This document shows, piece after piece, positions 8,799 to 19,612 of a stretch of 64,000 nt of DNA (its first letter is position 1; every line of letters starts with the position of its first letter). Source of the DNA: Macrostomum lignano. Its lineage: Eukaryota. The notes below the pieces were generated by a model. The model was not told the DNA's origin, ran no database searches, and saw only the letters and a list, made by a program, of their open reading frames with translations. A program made the translations under genes and the position numbers. The stretch covers positions 1 to 64,000 of the forward strand of contig NIVC01003267.1 in the NCBI GenBank assembly GCA_002269645.1, read 5' to 3'.

Positions 8799-9652
8799 TT
8801 TCTTCATCTTCTCTTCATCTTTGTCTTCTTCTTCGGCCGCTTCGTCTTCTTCTATGCCTAAAAAATTGTTTATTCGACTTGTATTGTTTGTTTGTACAAA
8901 CTTTCTTTCAGAATTTGTAACAAAAATGTTATGTACTTACTTTCTTCATACCAACACCTGACATCCTTCTCATGTTGTTCATCCAGGGAAATACCCTCGA
9001 TTTGCATCTTCAATAAGTCCGCAAAGCGTTCATCGATTTTCGCCTTCTCTTCAATCGCCGATTTGTAGCGAAGCAGGGTTCCCATTGTGTAACTTGAAAA
9101 TATTAGACCTGGGTACATGATACAGAGAGAGTAAAATTTGTCGTAGTCTCCCACTGTTCGCTTGCTGATGTTGAAAGTGGTGGCGAGCTCTTCCACATTC
9201 ATTTTGTGCTTGTAGACCAAAACTTGAATTAAGCGCCCCTGCTCAAACTGCATCATGGCCTTCGCAGTTGACAGGTTCTCGATAGAATAGGTCAGCTTCT
9301 TAAACCTCGCTTCCAAGTCTACCTTTGTCGTTCCATTCAAATTCATGGCGACCAAGTTGAGACCTTCGGAAATTGCACCCAGAGACAACATTACACCACG
9401 ACTCTCATTCTCTTCCAGCTTCGCGTATATCCTCGCAATAACTCTCTCTCGCTCGCTCTCTTCCTTTTTCTTGGGAAGCGCCCTCTTCTTATCCGGAATA
9501 CCTTCAAGCTTTTCCAAGCTCTCCTGAAACCTTACCAACTCTTCTTCTTTCCAGCTGCTCAGTCTGCTTCCCATTGCCGACCTTTCTTTAGATGACAGCG
9601 TGACCGCCAGTTCAGCAATCGTTGCAATTCTTGTCTCTTTTGACATGGCCAT
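8799..9652 (-). CDS. Helix-turn-helix protein, probably spliced at its 3' end to an acidic tail exon
   Basis: Likely start MAMSKET at 9652; HTH-like MNVEELATTFNISKRTVGDY at 9202-9143; GTAAGT..TTTTTTAG intron at 8940-8858 followed by IEEDEAAEEEDKDEE. Unspliced, the ORF stops at 8870. Confidence 0.65.
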
Positions 9653-9782
9653 GATAAAAAGTATTCCTTTTATTGAAGAAAGTTTCGGTTTGACTTGCGG
9701 GGCGAGGTCCGGTGTGAATCGGTTGTTTTTATACCTTTGGTGGTATACGGTAGTACTCGGAAATCCCTGAATATTATCTATC

Positions 9783-9955
9783 GGATATCCAGAATATTCT
9801 AGAATATTCCCTTCTAGAAGGGAAACCCGCATGGCATGGGTTTTATTTTTAGATCTTACGTCTGCACTCTACAGGGTACAACCTTGTAATTGCCCATGCC
9901 ATGTGGGTTTTATTTTTAGATCTTGCGTCTGCACTCTACAGGGTACAACCTTGTA
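9783..9955. promoter_or_regulatory. Overlapping perfect palindromes plus a 52-bp direct duplication upstream of the HTH gene
   Basis: GGATATCC at 9783-9790, GAATATTCTAGAATATTC at 9792-9809 and TTCCCTTCTAGAAGGGAA at 9807-9824; duplicated 9837-9888 and 9904-9955. Confidence 0.6.
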
Positions 9956-10027
9956 CGAGCGTAGTTGCCAACTACAACTGTCTTATGACTTCAGCAAAGT
10001 TATAATAGCTGTTAAAATCATTAATGA

Positions 10028-10210
10028 CTATACTCCGTATTTAAGAAACCAGTGTCTTTGGAGAGCTAGATTAATATTAGGGACATTGATATGAACGTCG
10101 GGCCAATATTTTCTCATGTATTCGCTGCATTCAAGTTTGCATCGGTACTTGGATTTGTACAATGGATGAGGCTGAGTATAATAGGAACCTGGAGAGACAA
10201 CTGGAAACAT
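10028..10210 (-). CDS. Small 60-aa Polinton ORF of unknown function
   Basis: ATG preceded by the same A-run seen before other viral genes; aromatic- and basic-rich composition. Confidence 0.45.
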   Translation of the reverse strand: MFPVVSPGSYYTQPHPLYKSKYRCKLECSEYMRKYWPDVHINVPNINLALQRHWFLKYGV

Positions 10211-10379
10211 TTTTTTATTAAGAATTTAATTTTTTTTCAAAGGGTAAGGACCCTGGGTTAGGGGGTTTAAAGTCTTTGGGATCTGGTTTCGTGTTGCGAA
10301 TTGAATGTGGGGAGAAGAATGCAGATTATTTTCAGATTGTTTCTGGGTGGATGTTAGTGGATTATGTCAGTGTCAATGA

Positions 10380-10632
10380 GCATAACAGGTGTTAGTGGAC
10401 ACCTGTTATGCACTGATTCTGTCAGGGATAATATGGATGGATTTAATACGATTATGTTCGACGTTTTCGGAGCAAGTGCGACCCCTCCACTTTTTCATGA
10501 TTCTGTCGGGGATAATATGGATGGATTTAATGGGATTATGGAGGACGTTTTGTGAGCGAGTGCGACCCCCCTTTTTTTCTGATTCTGTCAGGGATAATAT
10601 GGATGGATTTAGGTGGATTATGGAGGACGTGA
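10380..10632. repeat. 13-bp-stem hairpin followed by three direct repeats of about 83 bp
   Basis: GCATAACAGGTGT-TAGTGG-ACACCTGTTATGC at 10380-10411; TGATTCTGTC(A/G)GGGATAATATGGATGGATTTA at 10414, 10498 and 10580. Confidence 0.9.
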
Positions 10633-13214
10633 AAAATTTTGTCCCAAAAGCCCCCTCATGCCTTCTACTCACGAGAGGTCTCTTTAGAATGAGACGCATT
10701 AAACCTTTGGTGGTACACATTCCGACGTTGAGAGAGAAGTCAGGACGTTGTACAAGCCTGCTTGAGCGTTTGCGCAAAGGACTGATGTGTATTCGTAAGA
10801 CGGTTCGAATTCCGTCTAATCGTATATTTGTGTTAATAAAAAGGAGCGGAAATAATTCGTTATCGTAGGAGACCTTGTCTCGCTCCGCTCGTTCGTTAGT
10901 TAATTTCATTTTCCCTCGTGCGCCCAGCTCTTTAGTAACTGTCTGGGTCTTCGAGAATTATGACCATACGCTCGTAGATAGTTCAATCACATGCGCAAAA
11001 GTTCATAGTTAAAATCCATATCAACAACAGTGTTCCATAGCGCTGTGTTATACAGCAGTCTTTTCGTCTGCGTACGCATCCATGTGCTTTTGCTATTTTA
11101 GCCGAAAAATTCGGCTCGTGTTTTGTCGAGTCCAGATTCGTCTCTTGACGGTATGTATTCATTACCGCCATCATCCATATTAAGAAAAATAATGAAGAAC
11201 ATTGCTGAAAAAACTGTGCATTCTTTTGTGATTAGTAAATAAAAAAAAAATACAAGTTTTTTTCATTTCTGTGGCTTTCATTAAAGCTAATACACTTGCA
11301 AGTTTCTCTTCCTCTCGTTTTTCAAATATATTTTATTCAGACTAATTAAATATTAAAATTTTTACCAAGGACGACTTAAGTCGTCCTTGATTTTTACATT
11401 ATTATCAATTATAATCATTGATGGTAACTTGACTTGACTCTTTCTGAAGTCAAATCAAGTCGCACTGACGGTTTTGCATCAAGTTTAAGAATTATCTTAT
11501 TGAATTTGAAGTAGTGCCTTTTTGATTTTTAGGTATTTCTCTTTTTTTCTGCTTACCTAATGAACCTCTCACTCCAGAGTTGCTCTGTTACATTTTTAAA
11601 AAATCTTTTTTTCAGTTTTCGCCTTCACTTCATTGTAAATTTTCACTTTTTGTTGAAGCAAGCAAGTAGCAATAGTTTTAAACTATTCATCTAATCATGT
11701 TTGTTCATTAGGCCTCCTATGTAAGAGGCTAAGGGTGCAGTCAATTTTAGCAAATTTTAATTTTGGCAAAAGCATATTATACTCATAGTTAGGGATTGCA
11801 AAATCCCATTTTTTGCAATCCTGGGATCCTGGGATTTAATCTCAGAATTTGGCCAATCCCAGGATTGAATCAGAAAATCAGAAAAATACAGATTCTTAAG
11901 CTTCTTGGTTGAAATTTGAAGGCAAAATATGCATTAAACATATTTTTGCTTCCATTTTTTATTGTTATGGACATAGTTGCCACACCTGCACTATTTTAGC
12001 ACTACTGTACTATTTTGTTTCAGCTGCACTACTGCACTATTATCTTTAAAATGCTGTCAATTCTATACTAAATGAGTTTTATAGTTAAATAGACTAAGTC
12101 AACCATGTTTCATTGTCATTGGACAACCTTTGTGGCTGCATCCTGACATGCTTTGTCCAAGAAGACATTGTTAATGAGACCAACTGTCTGTCAGACCTTG
12201 CTAATTATGCCAAGGAATGCTCTAATCAGTTGGATAATGCAAGTCTAATGATTGGTAGCATGAGACTATTGACAGACTATTGCCAATGAGACTATATGAG
12301 ACTATATGAGACCTATGAGACTATTGACAGACTATTGCCAATTGATTGTTACAATTGATTTTACAAAAGCATTTGCAATTTGTATTGTTAGTTAGTGCAA
12401 AGGCAGATCATATCTGCTGCTGCAGAACATATCCTCCAAGCTCTTTGCTTTGTTAGCCCTGACTAGGCCTACTTACTCAGAGAGGACTTTAACTTTGGTT
12501 GTGTCTATGAACTGTGTCAATGGTTGCCAAATCTATTAGCACCATCATCACAGTTGATGAGCCTAATGAGCTGCATCTTGAAGTCACCAGGTTCTGTGCC
12601 TCAAACTTGGAGCTCAAAAGGTCAAATCCTGAGAAGTTCTGGTTTTTAAAGTGAATATCCAACAACTTAACAAAGCAGTGGAACAAGCTTTCTGAGTTAA
12701 TGCTCAACTCTCTGCTCACTATTAAGACTTGGTGTAAGGCAAATTTGGCCACCACATACAGTCACAATTGAACCAAATAAACCTAATTGCCAGCAGCTTT
12801 TAAAGACTAAAGTAAAGCAGCTGATTGCGCTCAATTAGAACAATAGCAGCAGGAGGAGGATTTAGTGATGCAGCAGCAGACTGATGACGAGATTCAAAGA
12901 AAGGCACAAGAAGAACAACAGCAGCAAGAGGAGGATTTAGTGACACAGCAGCAGACTGTTAAAGAGATGTGAAGGAAGGTGCAAGAAATTCTGGCAGCTA
13001 CATCAAAGGTGGAAGCTGCATTACAAAAATGGCTTGTGACAGAGCATGTCCAGTCAGCCTAGGGGAGTCATTAGTCAGATTGTCATATTCCATTTTGCCA
13101 TATCAGATGACGAAGTGACTAGAAGCAAAGTAGCTTGAAAAATAATATGACAAAGTGACCAAATATTTAGTTATGCTAGATACTTTGTCATCAACCAATC
13201 AATCTGTGTGGGAG

Positions 13215-13512
13215 CATACATGTGCAACCTCCAAAATTCGGTCAGCCGTGCGACTTAGTTTTAACAAAAATGCGACGTAGTTTTTGGCCAAAAATGCGAC
13301 TTACATATAAAAAAACCCGAAAGCAAAATTAATGCAACTTTGGGTAAACGGCAGGAGTAACTATGACTGTTTTATTAAGCTAAAATGCCTCGTCAGCTAC
13401 TTAGTACTACTACTCGGGTTATTTTTTGGGTGGGCATTTTTGCGACTTCCTTGATTGGCCGCCAAATCGGTCGGCCGGATCGGCCGACTCGGCCGACTGT
13501 TGCGCATGTATG
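13215..13512 (+). mobile_element. MITE with a 28S rRNA-like core, copy 1
   Basis: TIR CATACATG(T/C)GCAAC, 8-bp TSD TGTGGGAG; 28S-like segment at 13342-13405. Confidence 0.92.
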
Positions 13513-14367
13513 TGTGGGAGTTAAGTTAGTGTAAACTATTTTTTGTTTATTAACTATAAGCTGCAGCAAGCAGAACCAATTGATTGACAGGTTTTATCAA
13601 TCAAGATGACAAAATGACTGGGATCATTAGGATTCCAAGTAAATATGTTTGATTGCCACATTAATTCACTTGAAGTTGGAACTAATATGATTGGTAGATG
13701 ACAAAATGACTCTCTACAGATAATGCATGCTAATTAAGATGATGAAGTGACCATAGTCAAGGTGAGCACCCCAGACACCTAGATGAGAAAATGACTAGAA
13801 CCCCTAGGGGTGGTAGCAAAATTGCGCAAATTGAATGTGCCACTGCCACTGGACCCTCTAATAATTGTACAAACTAATAATTCATTTGCTAGTGCTTATA
13901 ATAGAATGTTTGTTAATAGACTTAAACTTTGCTGATCCTATTATACATGCAAAAATTGCTTAAACTACAGTAAAATTGAATTAGCGCGAAAACTAAGAAA
14001 CACTATTCTACTTTGTTTTAAATAGCAAATTATAAATGGTAAATAATTTTTGTTATAACTTAGCCTTTCTGAATCCTATATATGTGAGTGAATTTTGCCC
14101 AAATAAAAGTAACCTTTTTTTTGCTCTTGAAATATTTGTGCGCTATAACATTGGTTCATTCTATATTCTCAGATAAACTTTGAAATCTTATTGAGTTAGT
14201 TATTTTAAGGAAAGAGGGAGCAACAGTGCTCAGAAAATTGCTAAGAGAAGGGATTGAGAGATATACAAGGGAAATTCAGAGAGTTGTGCCGTGACCCTCT
14301 AATCCTGGTAAAAGCCCGACTAGGACAATCTGATAAGTTCATGTGCCAGTACTTGACTGCTCAGGCC

Positions 14368-14728
14368 ATACATAAGATGCTACCAGACTAATACATAAGA
14401 CGCTACCAGACTAATACATAAGACGCTACCAGACTAATACATAAGACGCTACCAGACTAATACATAAGACGCTACCAGACTAATACATAAGACGCTACCA
14501 GACTAATACATAAGATGCTACCAGACTAATACATAAGACGCTACCAGACTAATACATAAGACGCTACCAGACTAATACATAAGACGCTACCAGACTAATA
14601 CATAAGATGCTACCAGACTAATACATAAGATGCTACCAGACTAATACATAAGATGCTACCAGACTAATACATAAGATGCTACCAGACTAATACATAAGAT
14701 GCTACCAGACTAATACATAAAATGCTAC
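14368..14728 (+). repeat. 23-bp minisatellite, about 15 copies
   Basis: Unit ATACATAAGA(C/T)GCTACCAGACTA. Confidence 0.95.
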
Positions 14729-16014
14729 AAGTATATTCAAATGAAATTCTAAGAAACAGTTAAGGAGTCAAAATAGAAGTGCAATTAGGATAGACTTTAA
14801 TTGGCAGATAGGAACAACACCTGTACAACTTTGGTGGCAGCTCGTAGGATATTTAATTAACACTAGCATCAATAGTTAGGAGTTTAGAAAGACAGAGCCA
14901 AAAGGCACACACAACATACAACAGTTGTTTGAAATTCAAATTCAAACTAAGTTCTAACTCAGCTCAGTTAAGTTCTTAGGGCAGCTCAGTTGATATAAAA
15001 GTCAAGCTAGCAAAATGTCACTGCTCACTTCAATTTATAACTATCTTTAGTAATTTAACCCTTTCCCTAAAGTTATCAAATATCCATCAGCTATTTCTCG
15101 TCTAGGAGCTACTCGTAAAAAGTTATTCATATACATGTGTACAAGTATGTGTTTGAGCTATATGTATGTATTTGAGCTATATGTATGTGCTTGAGCTATA
15201 TGTATATGTACTTGCTATGCAAGTGCAATCTATCCAATTGTCAGTAACAGAAATAAGTTTTATTTATTATTGTTTTTTCTCAAATAAACAGGTTAATGTA
15301 GCTTTTCAGTTTCCTAAAACTTGATTCAATTTTATTAATTAATCTACTTTTTAATGGTTATTTATTTAACTTGAATTGAAACTAATTATTTTATGCTGCA
15401 CTAAATCTTCAGTGCTGCGCTAATATTCTTTTATTTTCCTTTGGCAACTATGGTTGTAGAGATAATGATCTTTTTTTAGATCAAAAAACAGCATGATCTT
15501 GTGACATTTAAGTAAATAGTTTAAAAGTACTAATTAGTAGTAAAGAAGCAAATCATATTTCAAAATTTACATTGAAATATATTTCACATTTTAATCTATG
15601 ATGCGGGGGTTTAAAAAGGTGCCATACAATGTGAGGCAATTAACAGAAATTAGCACAGTATAGTATAATGAACTTGTAAGCCCAAAAATGTTTATATTAT
15701 AACACTTTTTGTAAAAATAATAACTAAATTAGTCTCGGGATTTGGGACTTCAAATCCCTGGACTGGAAATTCTGGGATTTGGATTTTGGGATCCCGAGAT
15801 TGCAATCCCTACTCATAGTTTTTACATTCTACCACTTTTTTGGAATAGTAGAATGTATAATAGAAATATATTAATATTGTAACAATTGTAAAAAGGGTAC
15901 CTAAAGGCTATTGCAAGTAGCTATAGGAACATATATTCTTATAACCATGACTATGAATATGACTACTTATTAAACACTAAATAATCAAATGGAAAATCAC
16001 GTGCAATGAAATGA

Positions 16015-16290
16015 CAATGGCTAGAGTTTTGGTATTGGAACCCATTATTTAATGGCTATGGATTTGGTAGTAGTATTCTAATACTGCAATTGATGGGTAT
16101 AATATAGCAGAAACATTTTGCTTTTTAATAGGTGGTTAATATTAAGATTTTATTCAGGATAAGATCACAACAAAATGATAGATTCAAAACATGTTCAAAG
16201 ACTTCATTAGTAGATAACTGCCTATAGAAGACTGCTAGATCCATAGCCATTATAAAATGGGTTCCAGTGTTGGAACTCTAGTCATTACCC
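16015..16290. mobile_element. Degenerate MITE-like inverted repeat
   Basis: ATGGCTAGAGTT..GGAACCCATT..AATGGCTATGGAT is mirrored by ATCCATAGCCATT..AATGGGTTCC..AACTCTAGTCAT. Confidence 0.55.
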
Positions 16291-17554
16291 AATGAAATGA
16301 ATCATTTTATTTTTAGCTACCAGTTTTTATATATAAATTTTAGTATCACCTATCTTAAATTAAAGGCTAGTCTTTGTGTCATTTTGTATTTTTAGTGCTT
16401 TTCACTTTTTACTTCTTAGGATTTTTCACTTTTCACTATATTATATTAGTTATAATAATTTTCTAACTATATATAGTATAGTATTATTTATAAAATAAAC
16501 AGTCTAACCTATTTTATAATATCATTGTTTACTAAACAAAAAATAAATTATTGCTAGAATATTTAAGTTTCAACTACTATTAAAATTATAGTCAAAGGTA
16601 AATGAAATTGAGTCAAAGATCATAACAAAAACATCTATAAATATTTGCTAAAGCTTTTTGCCAAAACATCTTTTACCAAAATGACCCTAACATTTTATAC
16701 AGTAGGGATGCTATAACATTTTATTTTTCCAAATTGTATATTGAGATTAGACCTTTTTAGAAGCCTAGCACTAGCAAAAAAACAAAGCTAAGTTTTTTTA
16801 GGTTTTTATGCAATCTAAATATACTAAATCTATAATAGTAATACTATTTAATATCTTGGAATTGGAGCTTAGATATGAATTTATATCTTATTCCTAATGC
16901 TAGCAGAAAACCTGTTTGACTTGTTGTGGCCAAGGGTCAAGCTACACTAGATTTTAAAAATACTAAACAAAATAGAAAAGAATGCCAGTCATATATAAAA
17001 TCTTTTCTTTCTTTATTATAGATATTTAAGCCTTTGTGTACTAGCTAAGTATACAAAGCTAGTATTTTATACAAAGCTAGTTTTCTTGGCTGCAATAAGT
17101 AATTTATTTCTTAAGAATGTAGTCCATTTTAGTGATAATCAAATTTACTGACAACCATTTTAAGGATTGACCATTTTGGCAATTACTATTTTGGTAAAGA
17201 CTAAGTATATTCAATATAATTTCAATAAAGAGTAAGAAAAATAGTATAATATAAGAGATTTAGTATATTTGGATGGATTATTGGCTAGGTGACTTTTTCA
17301 ATTATCCTTTGTCTAATTCTATTTCAATGTTTATTATTTTAATTAGTTCATCTTAGATGCTAAGTCTATCTTAGTTCCAACTTTCTACCTCAATAGCTGC
17401 AATATTAGTGGAAAAATGGCTAGAATTTCTCAATTGTTAAACTATCTTTCACATTTAAGTTTCTAAAAAACGTGTAGCCAATAAGGCGGGGGCAGACTGA
17501 CAGATACCTGCCCATCTTGCAGAGAATCGCGCCAGCGGACTCTTGCTGCACAAG

Positions 17555-18913
17555 ATGAACCAGCTGGCCAACAGTAGAAACGGCAGTGGCGGCAATGCCA
17601 CAGCGCCACCCATCTTCATCAGCGTGCCAGTCGGCAATGTTGGCATGCAGACCTTCTGTGCAGTCTTCATTCCCATAGTGTGCGGCCTGGGCATCATTGG
17701 AAACAGCCTGGCCTTCATCCTGCTCAAGGAGTCGGCCAGCCGCGTCTCCAGCCATTTCTACCTGTGCTGCCTGGCAGTGGCCGACTCCGTCACCCTGGTG
17801 TCAATCATGATGTCAATCTGGCTGGGAGTTATCATGCAGGGCTATTACTATGTGATTGGGCAGTTCACCGCGGACAACTGGGTCCGGGTTGCCACCGGCA
17901 TCTGCTGGTTCACGCAGTTCAGAGTGTACCTGTCATTCCTGTGCCGCATGGTCTCCGTGTGGCTGGTGGTGGTGCTCTCCATCGAGCGGTGCATCTCCGT
18001 GCTGAGCCCGCTCAAGTGGGGCACGCGGCTCTGCACGGTGCGCAACGGCGTCAAGGCGGTGGTGGCGCTGGTGCTGGTCTCCAGCCTGCTCAACATCTAC
18101 GTGATCATCGGCTTCGAGCGCAAGCAGGTCGGCAAGCAGCACAGGTGCGTGCCAAACGATTTTTTCATCATCGGGCGCCTGGCCGGCAAAGCCGTGCTGT
18201 CCGTGGTGCCCTGGATCATCATCTGCATCGCCAACGGCCTGCTGGTGGCTGTGCTCCGGCGCCGAAACCGCCGCGCCACGTCCGGGGGCCTGTCGAACAG
18301 GCAGGAGCGCCAAGAGATGAGCATCACCGTCCGCCTGCTGGCTGTGTCGGTGGCCTTCCTGCTGTTCACCCTGCCCATCACCGTCATGAGCGCCATCCAC
18401 TCCTATCACGAGATAATCGACTCCACGGAGCACAAAGGCGGCGTGCTGGCCAACCTGTGGCTGCTTGCCTTCGCCATGTTCACCTGCAACTTCGGCTGCA
18501 ACTTCCTGCTGTACTGCTTCACCGGCCAGAACTTCCGCCGGGCGGCCGCCGCCCTCCTGGCCTGCCGCGTCGAGCGCATGAAGCGGCTTCGCGACCGACT
18601 CGACCGCAGCGGCAGCCAGACGGCTAGCGGCGGCGGCACCAGCAGCGGAGTCGCGGGCGTCACCGTCAGCGGCAGCGAAGTGCCGGTGGGCCGGTCGGAC
18701 AGCGGCAATAGCCGGACGGTGGTCACTTACCTGTCCGCGAGTCCAGCGACCTCAGCGGCCGGCAGCGGCTGCTGCGCAAGGAGACGCGTATTTGAGCCAA
18801 TTTCTGCGATTCAATGCTGTTTTCTGCTGCGTAATGTTGTTAGGTGCTTCACTTTGCTCTGTTTTTTCTGCAGCCAGACTGTCCTTTGTTTTTGCTCTGT
18901 ATGCCCGTACTGA
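17555..18913 (+). CDS. Rhodopsin-family peptide GPCR (FMRFamide/sex-peptide-receptor-like), intronless as far as visible
   Basis: Seven hydrophobic segments, GIIGN in TM1, LAVAD in TM2, SIERC, CNFLLYCFTGQNFR and N-terminal NGS/NAT sequons; the extreme C-terminus is uncertain. Confidence 0.88.
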   Translation: MNQLANSRNGSGGNATAPPIFISVPVGNVGMQTFCAVFIPIVCGLGIIGNSLAFILLKESASRVSSHFYLCCLAVADSVTLVSIMMSIWLGVIMQGYYYVIGQFTADNWVRVATGICWFTQFRVYLSFLCRMVSVWLVVVLSIERCISVLSPLKWGTRLCTVRNGVKAVVALVLVSSLLNIYVIIGFERKQVGKQHRCVPNDFFIIGRLAGKAVLSVVPWIIICIANGLLVAVLRRRNRRATSGGLSNRQERQEMSITVRLLAVSVAFLLFTLPITVMSAIHSYHEIIDSTEHKGGVLANLWLLAFAMFTCNFGCNFLLYCFTGQNFRRAAAALLACRVERMKRLRDRLDRSGSQTASGGGTSSGVAGVTVSGSEVPVGRSDSGNSRTVVTYLSASPATSAAGSGCCARRRVFEPISAIQCCFLLRNVVRCFTLLCFFCSQTVLCFCSVCPY

Positions 18914-19154
18914 TAATTTTTTATATCTGCGAGCTTGCTGCCATCTGTGACAACCGCTGCTGATCAATCACTAGCTTTACATTCACCTGCTCAGTACGAT
19001 TAGTTCGCAAATTCGAATTCTTGAAGCAGTGAATAGAGTAAGTTTATTAGGCCGGTAGTCCGACCAGTTTTTCGCGAGTTGTGTAAGTTTCCCGCGGTTT
19101 TCATCAATTTATTTCTAGTTAACAGCCAAAACTAATTAACTATAAGAGAACCCC

Positions 19155-19612
19155 AGCGTGCCCCAATCAGCCCCCCATCCCAGTGTACACACTGCCCCAG
19201 TCAGCCCCCCACCCCAGTGTACACACTGCCCAATCAGCCGCCCCATCCCAGTGTACACACTGCCCCAGTCAGCCCCCCACCCCAGTGTACACACTGCCCC
19301 AGTCAGCCCCCCACCCCAGTGTACATATTGCCCCAGTCAGCCCGCCCCCCCCGCCCTAATCAGCCCCCACCCCAGTGTACACACTGCCCCAATCACCCCC
19401 AATGTACACACTGCCCCAATCAGCCCCCCACCCAGTGTACACACTGCCCCAGTCAGCCCCCACCCCAGTGTACACACACTGCCCCAATCAGCCCCCCTCC
19501 CCAGTGTACACACTGCCCCAATAAACCCCCAGTGTACACACTGCCCCAATCAGCCCCCCATCCCAGTGTACACACTGCCCCAATCAGCCCCCACCCCAGT
19601 GTTACACTCACT
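19155..19612 (+). repeat. C-rich minisatellite, unit about 33 bp
   Basis: CCCAGTGTACACACTGCCCCA(A/G)TCAGCCCCC repeated. Confidence 0.93.

Larger units (their letters stand above)
1..11200. mobile_element. Endogenous Polinton/Maverick (adintovirus-like) element; left part lies outside the window, right boundary uncertain
   Basis: Compact AT-rich cluster of pPolB, cysteine protease, A32-like ATPase, double-jelly-roll MCP and minor capsid genes, the canonical Polinton set. No integrase or TIR seen in the window. Confidence 0.92.
11790..15811. mobile_element. Non-autonomous hAT-type DNA transposon, about 4 kb, with nested insertions
   Basis: TIR TAGGGATTGCA..TGCAATCCCTA, 8-bp TSD CTCATAGT (11782-11789 and 15812-15819), subterminal GGGAT/ATCCC repeats; no transposase recognised. 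Confidence 0.85.

Noticed and set aside
11180-11420. Polinton terminus (AG or AGT dinucleotide/trinucleotide repeats, 6-bp TSD)
   Set aside because: No canonical terminal motif was seen and the other end is outside the window, so the boundary is left approximate.
12354-12374. IDFTKAF reverse-transcriptase-like heptapeptide
   Set aside because: No downstream QG..LSP or YADD motifs were found and the frame is not sustained.
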